Virus record (IMG/VR): IMGVR_UViG_3300021591_000001
Span: 1 to 56,422 of that record
DNA from: a virus
Lineage: Duplodnaviria; Caudoviricetes
Direction: 5' to 3' (one strand)
DNA: 56,422 nt
The notes below the pieces were generated by a model that saw only the letters and a list, made by a program, of their open reading frames with translations, did no database searches and was not told where the DNA came from. Below, piece after piece: positions 27,655 to 38,243 of this stretch. Numbering within the stretch: the first letter of the stretch is position 1; the number at the start of each line of letters is the position of its first letter. A program made the position numbers and the translations under genes.

Positions 27655-28623
27655 TTAGGTTGCCCGCGAATCGGGCGTCTGCTCTTCTGCGGTAGTACTA
27701 CCGCGTTTTTGTATCCGCAGAATGATCTCATCTTTATTTTCCGTTACCTGTGCCCAATCGCTCAGCAGGTCCTTGAGGAGGGAAGGTACAAACTCTTGAA
27801 CAGCCTGTTCCTTAGCATCGTCCGGTAGAGGCTCTGCAAGCTTGTTTCGATAAACAGGAACGACGTATTTATTCTGAGCGTCGCCGGGATCTCTCCATGC
27901 AGGCAACTTTACAGTCGGATCGAAGAAGTAGATCGTACCAGTGTAGAAGTCCTTGTGGGCACAAAGGCAACCAGTGTCAACCCAAATATTGAAACCATAC
28001 CTCAATGCCTTCCAACAAAAGTAGAGATCTGCGGTCATCCCTCCGACAATCTTGCCGTTGATTTTCATCCTGTGAACAACCTTAAACCACGGTGGGGGTA
28101 TCTTTTTGAAAACTTTGGTCTTCACTAATGTAGCTCCGAGACCGGTGCCAACAACCTGTATCGGTTTGCCCGGCTCGTCGTACCACTCGGTGTACGGTCC
28201 TCCCCCAAAACTTTTTAGGATTATTGGATACGGAGGTTTTTGTTTGGAGAAACAGGTTGCTGAAACGATATCTACATCTAGTGCCATCAACCTCTCCAGA
28301 GCATCAACTGGGGTCAGAACGTCATCCTCTCGGAAGTACACATAGTCTGCGTCCATTTCAAGTGCCTTACGCACAATCATGTTGAGCGCTTCGTCCAGCG
28401 GTTTCCCTCTTACAACAAAATAATAAGGATGGCAGTTGACGGGAGCTACAGTGCGGAGAAGGTTCAAAGCGAAATCAATGTCGACATGTCCGTAGGTGGG
28501 AATTCCTACCAAAACGCCCTGCTTGAACTCACCCCTGAGCCCGTATTTCGGCTCTTCCAACTTTTCAGGCAACTTAAATAGGGGCTCTTCCTTCCATTCG
28601 ACGAAATTTGCTTGGCCCGACAT
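27655..28623 (-). CDS. GT-A fold (GT2-like) glycosyltransferase
   Basis: VLVGIPT, YVYFREDDV (DxD-like), GLGATLVK...VF...PWF, DLYFC...GFNIWVD...H; start ATG 28623 with GAGGAGG RBS. Confidence 0.8.
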   Translation of the reverse strand: MSGQANFVEWKEEPLFKLPEKLEEPKYGLRGEFKQGVLVGIPTYGHVDIDFALNLLRTVAPVNCHPYYFVVRGKPLDEALNMIVRKALEMDADYVYFREDDVLTPVDALERLMALDVDIVSATCFSKQKPPYPIILKSFGGGPYTEWYDEPGKPIQVVGTGLGATLVKTKVFKKIPPPWFKVVHRMKINGKIVGGMTADLYFCWKALRYGFNIWVDTGCLCAHKDFYTGTIYFFDPTVKLPAWRDPGDAQNKYVVPVYRNKLAEPLPDDAKEQAVQEFVPSLLKDLLSDWAQVTENKDEIILRIQKRGSTTAEEQTPDSRAT

Positions 28624-28691
28624 TGACGCCTCCTCAGCTAGTCCTGAACATTTGCTCCTTAAAAAAATTATAGACCAAATGAGGGCCAAAG

Positions 28692-30104
28692 TCAACCAAT
28701 AATCTCCACAACTACAGTGCGTGCCCTAGCATACTCTTTACTGCCTATAAGGAGGAGGCCGCCATCGCCGGTTTCGACATCGCCTGTATAGTGCTCAACT
28801 TGGAAAGTAGTGAAAGGAATTAGAACAGCGTCAACGCCAGCAGTAGCCTCTGCAAGGTAAACAATTTGAGACTGCTGCACGTCCTCACCTAGACCCAGCG
28901 AGTTTATATACTCTGTGACTGCATTGACCACATTAGTTGCAACGATATTCGGGTCGTAGCCTCTAAGGTACGAGATCTTAAAGGTCACATCTACGTCGGC
29001 AGGGTACGCCGCTTTAACCACTGAATCCGCAGTTAATATACGATAGGAGCTCGAATCGAGACGCTCCTGCAACTCACGTACCTTCGGAATCCAAACATAT
29101 CTGACTTCGACCTTAGTTCCGTCGGGGACGGTTTCACCAATCGTAACTCGGTCGAGAGCATAAACCGAACGCTCAAAAATTCCGGTGTCTCGCGAAACCG
29201 AATAGTCGTTTATAATTTCACCAGTAGCACTATTCTTGACCAAAGACACATCGACTAACGGGCGATGCCGAGGACAAAAGGTGCGCGTCGAGGACGAAAC
29301 TGTGAAATATTCGACCGCCTCATCTGTAATCTCAATTTGCACCCAAACATCCGCACCGCCCTCGCTGACACGCCGTAAGTCCTCACCGGAGTCTTCCGCC
29401 GTAACAACTTTACAACCCAAAACCTCCGGATCGGTGCGGAGAAGTTGTTGCAACCCCTCTTTGGTGCCAAAGTTTATCCCTCTTAAAACACCAAGTCCGC
29501 GATTTCGGAAAGCATCGTCACTTTCCGTATCGCTACCGCCCGAGGTTGGAGTGAGGTTGATCACGCTAAGTCCAGGCACTGCATTATCCAAACTCAAGAT
29601 CGTCGTTATGGTGTTCGCACCAACGTTCGATGCACTCCCCGGCTCGACTGCAACGATGGGGCAGGACTTCTCATACATGCCGAGATCAGAATTGTACAGA
29701 TCGGAGTCGCTCGTAATGATAACACTCTGCGTTGTTTTAAAAAGAACTGCAGGTGAGGTTAGAGAGGGTTGGGTTGCAACAATCGTTCCCGCAGGAATAG
29801 TAATACCTTCAGCAGGAGGAGAGGGGTGGCGGAAGTAAACAGCGCCCGTTGCTCGTGTTCCCGGTAACCTGAAAAGTCCAAAATTGCCCAAAAGCTTGTC
29901 AAGGTCCTCACCTTGAGCGGTTTCGATCGACTGCGCTAACTGCAAGCTGCGAAGATCCTCATAAAGAAGGCTTAAAAGGTAAGAGGGAACGTCAATGATG
30001 ACATCACGAAAGAGGGTCCCCGGTTCCAAGTTTGCGTTGGGTAAAGACTGCAAAATAAGATCTTTAAAGTCCTGAACCAAATCGTCGAAGGTTTTAATCG
30101 CCAT
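28692..30104 (-). CDS. Baseplate J-like (gp6) wedge protein
   Basis: AQGEDLDKL...GLFRLPGTRATG, IPAGTIV, AVEPGSASNVGANTI, GGSDTESDDAFRNR, GTKEGL, LGLGEDV. Confidence 0.92.
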   Translation of the reverse strand: MAIKTFDDLVQDFKDLILQSLPNANLEPGTLFRDVIIDVPSYLLSLLYEDLRSLQLAQSIETAQGEDLDKLLGNFGLFRLPGTRATGAVYFRHPSPPAEGITIPAGTIVATQPSLTSPAVLFKTTQSVIITSDSDLYNSDLGMYEKSCPIVAVEPGSASNVGANTITTILSLDNAVPGLSVINLTPTSGGSDTESDDAFRNRGLGVLRGINFGTKEGLQQLLRTDPEVLGCKVVTAEDSGEDLRRVSEGGADVWVQIEITDEAVEYFTVSSSTRTFCPRHRPLVDVSLVKNSATGEIINDYSVSRDTGIFERSVYALDRVTIGETVPDGTKVEVRYVWIPKVRELQERLDSSSYRILTADSVVKAAYPADVDVTFKISYLRGYDPNIVATNVVNAVTEYINSLGLGEDVQQSQIVYLAEATAGVDAVLIPFTTFQVEHYTGDVETGDGGLLLIGSKEYARARTVVVEIIG

Positions 30105-30678
30105 TCAAACTCACCTTGACCGTAGAGATTTCCTTACTTCTTATAGTAACCCTGATTTCCGGACTTCTCGGGTCTTTTTCAACAACTTCAACGCTCACAA
30201 GCTCACGCAAAACCTCGTCGTCGGCCAAGCTTTGTCCTGCAGCCCTCTGGTTCTGCTGATTCAAAGCGATGAAACCCAAAGCGCTTTCAACCTCAAAAAC
30301 AACATCCTCTTCGGAAATCGTTTTGCCGATAAACTCGCGCAAACGCGTACCATACGCCTCGTGAAAAACATTCTCCCCTCTGAGTGTCAAGAAAGCTTTG
30401 CGAATCTGTTCGAACAAAAGTGGCAAACCGTAAAGACGAACAACTCTACCCTTACCGTCGAGAGAAAAGTCGTAGTAGTAACCAGTGCCATTACACCTAG
30501 GACACTCATCAGGTGAGTATGTTTGACCATCAACAACGTGGTCACACTCCAACGTCATGCCAATGTCGAAGGTACCCTCACGATCAAAAGGAAGAGTAGG
30601 TGTTGTGCCAGTAATAGAAACTGCAGATTGCGGCGAACGATAGAAAGCAATTTGATTCGAAAGCCACCTTTTTGCCAT
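30094..30678 (-). CDS. Baseplate wedge/sheath initiator (gp25/gpW-like) with CxxC motif
   Basis: LTLRGENVFHEAYGTRL motif; CPRCNGTGY; lies between spike and J. Confidence 0.75.
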   Translation of the reverse strand: MAKRWLSNQIAFYRSPQSAVSITGTTPTLPFDREGTFDIGMTLECDHVVDGQTYSPDECPRCNGTGYYYDFSLDGKGRVVRLYGLPLLFEQIRKAFLTLRGENVFHEAYGTRLREFIGKTISEEDVVFEVESALGFIALNQQNQRAAGQSLADDEVLRELVSVEVVEKDPRSPEIRVTIRSKEISTVKVSLNGD

Positions 30679-30679
30679 T

Positions 30680-32296
30680 TTACTTCGCCTTCGTGGTTTT
30701 GGATGTTGCCTCTATACTGCCGACCTTTAAGTTTCGTAATGCCTGCTCGAGAGGGACGCCCACAGGCGTCTGCGCCGGTGACGTCAAGCCTCCTGATGGA
30801 GGCGCCGTATGTACATGGCTGCTTAACAACATGCGAACGACCTCATTCCAATTTATCTTATCGCCGTCAAGCGCTACCGTTTTGCCGTTTGCGTCTCCAA
30901 GATTTATATCATCACAGACGACGGTTAAGCTTGAAGAGGCAACTTGCATCTCCCTACAGGACATTGTCACAGACCCATCACGAGAAATCTCGAGATAAAC
31001 CCCGTTACTTTGCGTAAACTCAACAGTTCCATCCTTTCTTAGTACAAACCGCTGTGCGAAGCTATGTCCTTCATGCTCTCCACGTACTCGCAAATCCAAA
31101 AGGGGAGGCACCGAAGGGTCTTTTAGCTCTCCAGAGCGGAGTCGCTCCTTCACCTCCTTGAAGAGAGCATCGCGAGCACGATCCACCTCCTCCGTCGGAG
31201 ATGGTATCTTACTGAAGAAAGAGGCCAAAACGCTAGAAACACCCTTTAGAACCCTCCTTCGCAGAGCAAGGAAACCGCGGTAGAAGCGCTTGAATTTCGA
31301 CTGTTGATAAAGGTCGCTGATGACGGTGAAAAGCGCTCCTCGCACCTTAGAAAGCAAATGGTTTACAAAGGACTCCTCTAACATCTGCAAAAGCTCCGAC
31401 GTCGTTTGGTCAATAAAAGCAAATGCAACACTTTTCAAATGTTCCTTGATTTCATCTGTGACAGAAAGTCTATTGACACAATCATTCACACCACGTCTGC
31501 ACAAACGCTGGAGGAGAGGTAAAAGGTCGCGCTCGAAAAAGGGAACTTGCGTTTTGAGGTCGAGAGAGCCTTCACGCACAAGCTTGTCCAGGGTGTATGT
31601 GAACGCCCCTACGTACTCGCCCGAACGGAGGCTGGAGTACGCCTTGACAATCTCCGGTGTAGCGACTGTCGAAATAAAGCGGTCGCGAAATCCTCTTATC
31701 TGAGTCTTCGCACTTTCCTCTTCCAGCTCCATCTGCAGGAAGACGCGCTTGATGAAGTTCTCGATTTTACTGATCTGCTCGATGACAAAAAGGGACCAAT
31801 CAACCTCCCCGGCAGGAACTGCAACGGTATTGGATTGGTCTCCAACAATAATGTCTATCGACGCAGCGGTTGGAGAAAGATTCTGAGACTGCTCAAGATC
31901 GTCAAAGCCGTTTGTGACAAACAGTCTGAAGCCTTTACGTATAATGCTCGTCTCTCCTGGTGAGATACTCCCGCTCAGGATTCCGAGCTGCTCATGTAGC
32001 CCCATAAAATTAGGGTAAAAGCCAACAATTACAGGACTGACTGACCCGCTCGTGAGGGCGCGAGTCTGGAAACCGACTAGACAAACGCTGTTGAGAGGGG
32101 GAATCTCAGCCGCTGCAAAAGACGAAATAGCAGGAACGTCCTCGATGATACCAAAACCATCGAGCCATTCTATGGTAAACCGTGGAGGTTTCCCCTCTTC
32201 GACCTTATAGCCAATGATCTTAGCCCAACGAAGGGCCTGCGGCTCACCATGTAAAAATCCAGCTCCGAAAAGTTCTCCCAGATCACGACTGCGCAC
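30680..32296 (-). CDS. Baseplate central spike (gpV/gp5-like)
   Basis: OB-fold-like N-terminus (PPLNSVCLVGF), C-terminal beta repeats, VALDGD and HVH apex motif. Confidence 0.7.
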   Translation of the reverse strand: MRSRDLGELFGAGFLHGEPQALRWAKIIGYKVEEGKPPRFTIEWLDGFGIIEDVPAISSFAAAEIPPLNSVCLVGFQTRALTSGSVSPVIVGFYPNFMGLHEQLGILSGSISPGETSIIRKGFRLFVTNGFDDLEQSQNLSPTAASIDIIVGDQSNTVAVPAGEVDWSLFVIEQISKIENFIKRVFLQMELEEESAKTQIRGFRDRFISTVATPEIVKAYSSLRSGEYVGAFTYTLDKLVREGSLDLKTQVPFFERDLLPLLQRLCRRGVNDCVNRLSVTDEIKEHLKSVAFAFIDQTTSELLQMLEESFVNHLLSKVRGALFTVISDLYQQSKFKRFYRGFLALRRRVLKGVSSVLASFFSKIPSPTEEVDRARDALFKEVKERLRSGELKDPSVPPLLDLRVRGEHEGHSFAQRFVLRKDGTVEFTQSNGVYLEISRDGSVTMSCREMQVASSSLTVVCDDINLGDANGKTVALDGDKINWNEVVRMLLSSHVHTAPPSGGLTSPAQTPVGVPLEQALRNLKVGSIEATSKTTKAK

Positions 32297-34589
32297 TTGT
32301 CGGTTTCCTCCAAAGAAGTACCAAATCGCCGTTTATTTCACGAGATTTTACAAAACCGAGCGTCCGAGCAACTTCAAGTGCCTCGTTGCGGTCGCCTGAA
32401 GTGATGCGTAGTACAACAGTAAACCGCGGTGGCTTTTGCGGCGAAGGAACACTAATTTCACCTACCAAACCCTTGCTCTGCAACAACTTTTGAAGATCGT
32501 TCAAAACCTTCTCGAAAGATGAATCAAGCTCTTTATCGACCTTCGAAACTTTCACAGAAGGTGTTGTAGCTTCACTAGCTGCCTCAGACTTGTAAACAAG
32601 CGGGTACCAGACCTCCCACGGAAACCTGCCATACTTAAGATCAAGGGTTGTGGTGGCGCTCCGCCCCCAGCTTATCTCGTGAGTCACAGCATGTACATAG
32701 TAAACTCTGTTGAGCCATGGTATATAAACATTTCTACCAGGCAGTATCTCGGGGCGAAAAACGATGGTAACCTGCGCTTGTAAGCGGTTTGCCAAAAGGC
32801 GCTGCAAAACTGTGAAAGCATATGCACGTGCCGCTTCGGGCGAGCGTATATTAGGATTCGAAACTTGTATCACGCGCATACCGAAACGACGGATAATCTC
32901 GGGGTCTGCCATCATGTGATTCTGTATCATTACAGGGGGAACATAATCATACGAAACCTGTCCTGTTACAAAAACCCACGTCTTAACCTCGCTGCTATCC
33001 TCGGTAGCTGCCCACGAAATGCACTCCTCGGGGTGTATCACAAACTCCGGTTCATCAACAGAAAGATACGCTCTCACGGGGTGAAAGTGCACTATTCCTG
33101 CACCGTCGGCCCAAAGTTCCGTATTTGTGGTTCTGCAAACCTCGGCGAGCAAAGATCGGCGGGTGGCATATTGAGAAACGAACTCAGGAGGGTTGGTTCT
33201 GAAAAACTCGTTGTAAGCAACAATCACATCAGCGTCCTCTGGAGTGTCAAAGGATTCCAGATCCAAAATCTTGAGCTTGTCGGGGGTGAAGAGCTTAGCC
33301 ACTTCCTCACTATGCTGAAGCTTTTGTAGCTCGATTCTGTTTTGATCGGTGCCGGTGTAAGGCTGGAACGATCCTATCCCTGAGATCAAACGTTTCTCGT
33401 AAACAATTTGAGACAGAGGTACCCAGCCGGAGAGAAAACCATACGCACCGGGGTCAGGACGTACCTTGAAAGTAACTCTTGCCCACCTTCCTCTAGCAAG
33501 CACCTTTTCAACGTCTTCAGCCAAGTCGAGGTCAAGGGCTGGGAAAGTTTCAACAAGCAACCCGGGCGTTCCTGCCGAAACCTCACCGACGATACGACTG
33601 TTAGTGTCGGGTTTGCTGTAAACATTAGTTTGAGACTTCACCTCCACGAGGGAGGCTCCGAAAAAGAGCGCTCGAACAATGTCCTGCGCTGGAACACCTG
33701 CAAACCTTGTGGTGAAGACCTGATAAACCGTTTGACCAAAATCGTAGTACGGTTCTCTACCAAAAATCCCGAGGTAATCGGGGACTAAAGCAGGATTCCG
33801 ATTCATCAACGACAAGTCCGCCCAAATTAAAACATCACTGGCATTGAGGGTCACCAAATGTGTGGCTCCTGCTCTCTTGTGAGTCACAGACGTTACATAA
33901 CCGGTAAAAATCGGCGTCGTCGTCCAGTTGCTGACGGCAGATGGGGATTGACTCAAAAGCTCCTCCAATGTGAAACGCCCCACCTCCTCAAAGGGCATGC
34001 GCTGAAGAGTTTGGACGTAAAATCGGTTCAGCCCGAAGACCATGATCTTGTGCATCGGTAATATCCGCGATTGTTTCGGGGCAAACAGCCGCTCCTCTGT
34101 TGTCTTGATACGTCTACCATCCTCAAGCTCGACGGTCCACCTTTGACCGTCAAAAGATATAAGATGCCCCTTGACCCAGCCACCGCTTTGTATTTCAAGT
34201 GTTTCGCCGTCAAACCTGTCGGGAGACAAGTACCAAACCTCACTCCCCACTTCAAAGGGTAATTGCTCCTCAAAAAGGCGTTCAAAAAGCAGGTGGCCTT
34301 TAGAGTCACGGCGAGCAACCCAATGGTTATGGGCGACGATACTACAAGTGCCAGACGAAGTAACCTGGGTTGTAAGGCGAATCCTAATACTTTCAACAGA
34401 CTTAAGAGGGATGATAGTATCAGGATCTATGCTGTCAGCTGTCAAGTAGAGCGGCAGAGACTTCTTACCAAAACGCTCCTCGGTGGTGCCTATAGCCAAA
34501 AACGGCCAAACATAAGGAAAGGAGTGTTGTGGCGGAACTGAAGACCTGATCTCGTCAATTGACGGTACTCTTATCCTGTAACCCTTCAT
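32283..34589 (-). CDS. Baseplate hub (gp27/gpD-like) with inserted SH3-like domains
   Basis: IFTGYVTSV, ELWADGAGIVHFHP, FRPEILPGRNV...YYVHAVTHEI...TTLDL. Confidence 0.8.
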   Translation of the reverse strand: MKGYRIRVPSIDEIRSSVPPQHSFPYVWPFLAIGTTEERFGKKSLPLYLTADSIDPDTIIPLKSVESIRIRLTTQVTSSGTCSIVAHNHWVARRDSKGHLLFERLFEEQLPFEVGSEVWYLSPDRFDGETLEIQSGGWVKGHLISFDGQRWTVELEDGRRIKTTEERLFAPKQSRILPMHKIMVFGLNRFYVQTLQRMPFEEVGRFTLEELLSQSPSAVSNWTTTPIFTGYVTSVTHKRAGATHLVTLNASDVLIWADLSLMNRNPALVPDYLGIFGREPYYDFGQTVYQVFTTRFAGVPAQDIVRALFFGASLVEVKSQTNVYSKPDTNSRIVGEVSAGTPGLLVETFPALDLDLAEDVEKVLARGRWARVTFKVRPDPGAYGFLSGWVPLSQIVYEKRLISGIGSFQPYTGTDQNRIELQKLQHSEEVAKLFTPDKLKILDLESFDTPEDADVIVAYNEFFRTNPPEFVSQYATRRSLLAEVCRTTNTELWADGAGIVHFHPVRAYLSVDEPEFVIHPEECISWAATEDSSEVKTWVFVTGQVSYDYVPPVMIQNHMMADPEIIRRFGMRVIQVSNPNIRSPEAARAYAFTVLQRLLANRLQAQVTIVFRPEILPGRNVYIPWLNRVYYVHAVTHEISWGRSATTTLDLKYGRFPWEVWYPLVYKSEAASEATTPSVKVSKVDKELDSSFEKVLNDLQKLLQSKGLVGEISVPSPQKPPRFTVVLRITSGDRNEALEVARTLGFVKSREINGDLVLLWRKPTSAQS

Positions 34590-35164
34590 TTCACAAACCG
34601 CGGTGCGAACTCCCCGAATTTTTCCAAAAAGCGTTGAACCAGTGCCTCGGCACTGTGTGATACACCTACAGTCGCCTTATACGTACCCACAAACTCAAAG
34701 GAATAAGTCCACGCCCAGGGGCTGGTCTCGAGCTCTCTGAAGCTGAAAGAAGAGAAAAAACCGACGTAAATGTCGCGGCGGTATTTGAGCTGCACCAGAA
34801 TTTTCTTGATCGAGTTTGCGATTGTTGTAGAGTCAGTTGCAAATGCAAGAGCTTCTAAAGCAGGCTCGGAATAAAAACTCTCGAGCTTCTTGAGAGTACG
34901 ATACGCTTGAGTTTGGTAAACACTAGACTTTTCGAAGGGGTCGGAGGTTCCTGTTGCAGGAATCAAACTACCAGTCAAACCGGTGCAAGAAATGATATAC
35001 GGCTCTCGTCCCCAATGATGGAATACCCAACGAGTATTTGTCATCACCCTGCTGAAGACCTTTCTACTGGTGATCTGTATCTGCTGCGGGTTCACATAAA
35101 GTGTAACCTCATCATCCCCTAAAACGCGTCTGAATGTGATCGGTTCTATGTTGTCTCCTCTCAT
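34586..35164 (-). CDS. Tail tube initiator/baseplate protein
   Basis: LYVNPQQI...HHWG...YVGFFSSFSFRE...PWAWTYSFEF; lies between tape measure and hub. Confidence 0.7.
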   Translation of the reverse strand: MRGDNIEPITFRRVLGDDEVTLYVNPQQIQITSRKVFSRVMTNTRWVFHHWGREPYIISCTGLTGSLIPATGTSDPFEKSSVYQTQAYRTLKKLESFYSEPALEALAFATDSTTIANSIKKILVQLKYRRDIYVGFFSSFSFRELETSPWAWTYSFEFVGTYKATVGVSHSAEALVQRFLEKFGEFAPRFVK

Positions 35165-37950
35165 CCTAACAACCCTTGAACTTCAGGAGTCACTAAAATA
35201 CCACTAACAACTTCATCCTTGACGAAGCCGGAAAGTGTTTGCCTTCCAGCCTCGTCTAAAGCAATCGTTATGTTATCAACTCGCAGCTGCACGGGTTGAG
35301 TCAGAGGAGCTTGGGACACGCGAACACGTTCAGTCACGGTTTGTCGCTCGATAACCTGTGGCCGCTGCGCCACTTCACGTAGGGTTCTTTCAATATCCGG
35401 AGTCTCAACCGCAACACGATGTTCCACCTGCTCTCTTAAATCGACACGAGGCGGGCGCCATCTCTCAAGACGAGACACCGCATTTTCAAGGCCCGAAACT
35501 CTTACGTTGACATCCGGAGGTTGCGCTCGAGATATCGCATTACGAATCTCTTCCGCCGCGTCCTCTCCCTCAACCCTGACTCTCAAATCCCGCAAGTGTT
35601 GCAGCGCTGTTACAACCTGCGTCAAGCCTTCAGTCCGTACGGGAATCTCTGTTCGACGCAACCTCTCAGCAGCAGCAGTCGCGGAACGTTCCAAACCCTC
35701 AGTGCGTACAGGGATTTCAGTCTGCCGTAATCTCTCGATAGCTCTGTCAAGGGCGTCAGTGCGTACTGAAACAGGCGGTGGTGTTACCCTAGGAGTCACA
35801 GCTTCGGGGTGAGCAGGCCTTGGTGTAGGCGGCGGGGTAACCTGAGGACGTTCGCCCCTTGCTGGCGCCGGTTCTCTGCGCTCCTCGATCATCATCCGTA
35901 ACAGCTCTTGTCCGCGGCGCTGCTCGCGAAGCTCCTCAAGAAGGCGTCGAGACGTCTCATCTTGGGGTTGCACTCTCTGTAGCTGCCCTACCAAAAGCTG
36001 CCGTAGTGTTTCGATTTCTGCGACAGCGGGCTCGTACGAGAGGGTGAGGGGGCGCGGACGCTCGCCTCTTTGTATGCGTTCGTACTCGGTGCGCACTTGC
36101 TCGAGCAAACTACTTGGTATTCTCTCGCGGACTTGCCGCAAAATGTCACGAAGAGCTGAGACGTCAACAGGGCGGATATGTATGGTACCGATAACCCGTC
36201 CCTCGCGCCCAACGAGAGGTATTTCGACCCTTTCCGCACCTCTCCTGATTTGGTCTTCGATCCTTGCTGTGATATCGGGTGACCCAAGAGCCCTTTCGAG
36301 GGCATCAGCGAGAAGAGCCTGCGCAGCGGGAGTAGGAGCACCGATAATATTCGTAACCTCGGTACGAACCTGAGGTCTCCTCTCCAAAAACTCAGTCAAA
36401 GGTGTACGCCACTCTGGGCGTACCTCAACTTCCGCAACTCCCGGTCTTGGGAGAGGTATTCTATTTCCGAGCCACCGAACACCGTGCCAAATACCCCCCA
36501 CAATTTGCCGTGCAAGTCCTGGAGCTGTGCGGACCCTGATAGCGTCACCCTCTCGCGTTGGCAGGAACAAACCGTAAATCATCTCCATGCTCAGCCGTAT
36601 ACGCCGCAGGATATCTGTTGAATCGCGTAGGGTTTCACGTATTAAATCCTCAGTAGTCCTAAACCTATCAACAAGATCCTCTCCGCTCTCTCGCGTACGC
36701 TCTAAAGTTTGTAAAGCTTCTTCGACACGCCGAGCGAACTCAGGGTCTGTAGCGAGTCGTAACAGCTGCGGTCCTGTAAGGCGCCCAAGCATCGGGAATC
36801 CCTGCCGCGCAAGTTGTTCGAGCGCTACGCCCAAAAAGCGCGGAGGTACAATCTCTTGGAGCATTTCGTAAACTTGACGAAACGACTCAACAATCATCCT
36901 AGGAGCCATCCCAGGTGTCCTCAAGCCATAGACAAACAGTTGCTGCAAACCTCCTGTTGGCCCTTGAGAGAGGAGGCGCTGAAACTCTTCCTGCGCCTCC
37001 TCTATCGTCACTGTTGTCTGTCGCATTTCAGAAAGAATCCGCTGCACACCTTCCATACCACCGAAGATCTGCAAGATAGCTTGGGGTTGCTGCTGCAAAA
37101 CACCGAAAAGCATTGTCAGCGCGCGCGGTCCCATCTCCGCAACTGTGCGTATAAGAGAGCGAGAGACATCCGCGGCTAACTGCGGGTTGAAAATAGGACT
37201 ACTTCGCATCGCCTCATTCACGGACGCAACGACTGTAGCGACATCCTCGAGCGAAATGCCGAATCGCGCGTAAGCGTTGGTGAGCTCGTTAACAAGCCGT
37301 ATTTGGTCCTGAACGAGTAAACCACCTTGCTCGAAAAGAGTATACATCCGCTCAAACTCGCTCATAATCTGATCAGTGCTAGCGCGGAGGCCTAGAACCA
37401 TGTTTCTCCAAAGAGTTGAAAGATCGCGTAAAGAAACACCCCACGCCTTGTGGTATGTAATCAAACGCTCCATAACGGGGAAAATCTGGCTGAAATCTCG
37501 AATTCCGGTCTGAGCGACTGCCTCGATCAGTGCACGCGCTTCTTGGCGCGTTAAATAAAAGCGAAGGCGCAGCTCCTCAACGCGACCCACTACATCTCGG
37601 AAGCCCTCAGAGGTCACGCGTGCCCAGTCGCGAGAAACACCACCGCCTCTTGCAAGCTCCCGCTGCAAATCGACAAGCGTCATGTAATAGCTCTTAAGCT
37701 CGCGATATTGCCTCATGACAAAGGTCATTGCATCGCCAATAGTAGTGGGTATGTATGCTTGTCGCATCCACTGCAAAAACGTCTTCTGCGCAGACTGTAT
37801 TTGCGACTCCAGGAGCTTGGCCTTTTGGGCGCTTCCTTCCAGCACGTCGCTCAGATCGCGCATCTCGCGACGCGCCGCCATCGCGACGACCTCGAGAATG
37901 AAACGCTCAACATGGGGACCGATGTTAGCGAACAACCCTGCACCTAACAT
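35161..37950 (-). CDS. Tape measure protein
   Basis: 929-aa mostly helical protein directly after the frameshifted chaperone and before the baseplate genes. Confidence 0.75.
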   Translation of the reverse strand: MLGAGLFANIGPHVERFILEVVAMAARREMRDLSDVLEGSAQKAKLLESQIQSAQKTFLQWMRQAYIPTTIGDAMTFVMRQYRELKSYYMTLVDLQRELARGGGVSRDWARVTSEGFRDVVGRVEELRLRFYLTRQEARALIEAVAQTGIRDFSQIFPVMERLITYHKAWGVSLRDLSTLWRNMVLGLRASTDQIMSEFERMYTLFEQGGLLVQDQIRLVNELTNAYARFGISLEDVATVVASVNEAMRSSPIFNPQLAADVSRSLIRTVAEMGPRALTMLFGVLQQQPQAILQIFGGMEGVQRILSEMRQTTVTIEEAQEEFQRLLSQGPTGGLQQLFVYGLRTPGMAPRMIVESFRQVYEMLQEIVPPRFLGVALEQLARQGFPMLGRLTGPQLLRLATDPEFARRVEEALQTLERTRESGEDLVDRFRTTEDLIRETLRDSTDILRRIRLSMEMIYGLFLPTREGDAIRVRTAPGLARQIVGGIWHGVRWLGNRIPLPRPGVAEVEVRPEWRTPLTEFLERRPQVRTEVTNIIGAPTPAAQALLADALERALGSPDITARIEDQIRRGAERVEIPLVGREGRVIGTIHIRPVDVSALRDILRQVRERIPSSLLEQVRTEYERIQRGERPRPLTLSYEPAVAEIETLRQLLVGQLQRVQPQDETSRRLLEELREQRRGQELLRMMIEERREPAPARGERPQVTPPPTPRPAHPEAVTPRVTPPPVSVRTDALDRAIERLRQTEIPVRTEGLERSATAAAERLRRTEIPVRTEGLTQVVTALQHLRDLRVRVEGEDAAEEIRNAISRAQPPDVNVRVSGLENAVSRLERWRPPRVDLREQVEHRVAVETPDIERTLREVAQRPQVIERQTVTERVRVSQAPLTQPVQLRVDNITIALDEAGRQTLSGFVKDEVVSGILVTPEVQGLLG

Positions 37951-38243
37951 TTATAGCTCCTCCAGCTGCTTCGCGATTTCACCAAAAGACTCGTTGACAA
38001 CGCTCTCTTTGCCTCTTACTTCCGCCCAAAGCGTTGGATTCAACCAAGGGAGAACAAGTTCAAGCACATCGTAAACGAAAAGTTTTCGCTGACTCTCCAT
38101 CGAAACGGCCCAAAAGTAGAGAATCCAAAGCCCTAGCTCTGTGGGGGTTCTTCCTCCGAAAGCTCCTCCAAACTTGCTGAAAACGACTCCAACCAATTCT
38201 CCGATTCCGGGGATGCTTCCTGTTGTTTCGAGAATTTTTTTTT
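37951..38243 (-). CDS. Tail assembly chaperone, -1 frameshift extension (gpT-like)
   Basis: The open -1 frame from the A9 run to TAA 37951 abuts the tape measure ATG; it has no convincing start of its own. Confidence 0.75.

Noticed and set aside
20121-28623. Host LPS/capsule island marking a prophage boundary
   Set aside because: The enzymes alternate with virion genes in one tightly overlapped operon, and no integrase, att site, flippase or polymerase gene was seen.
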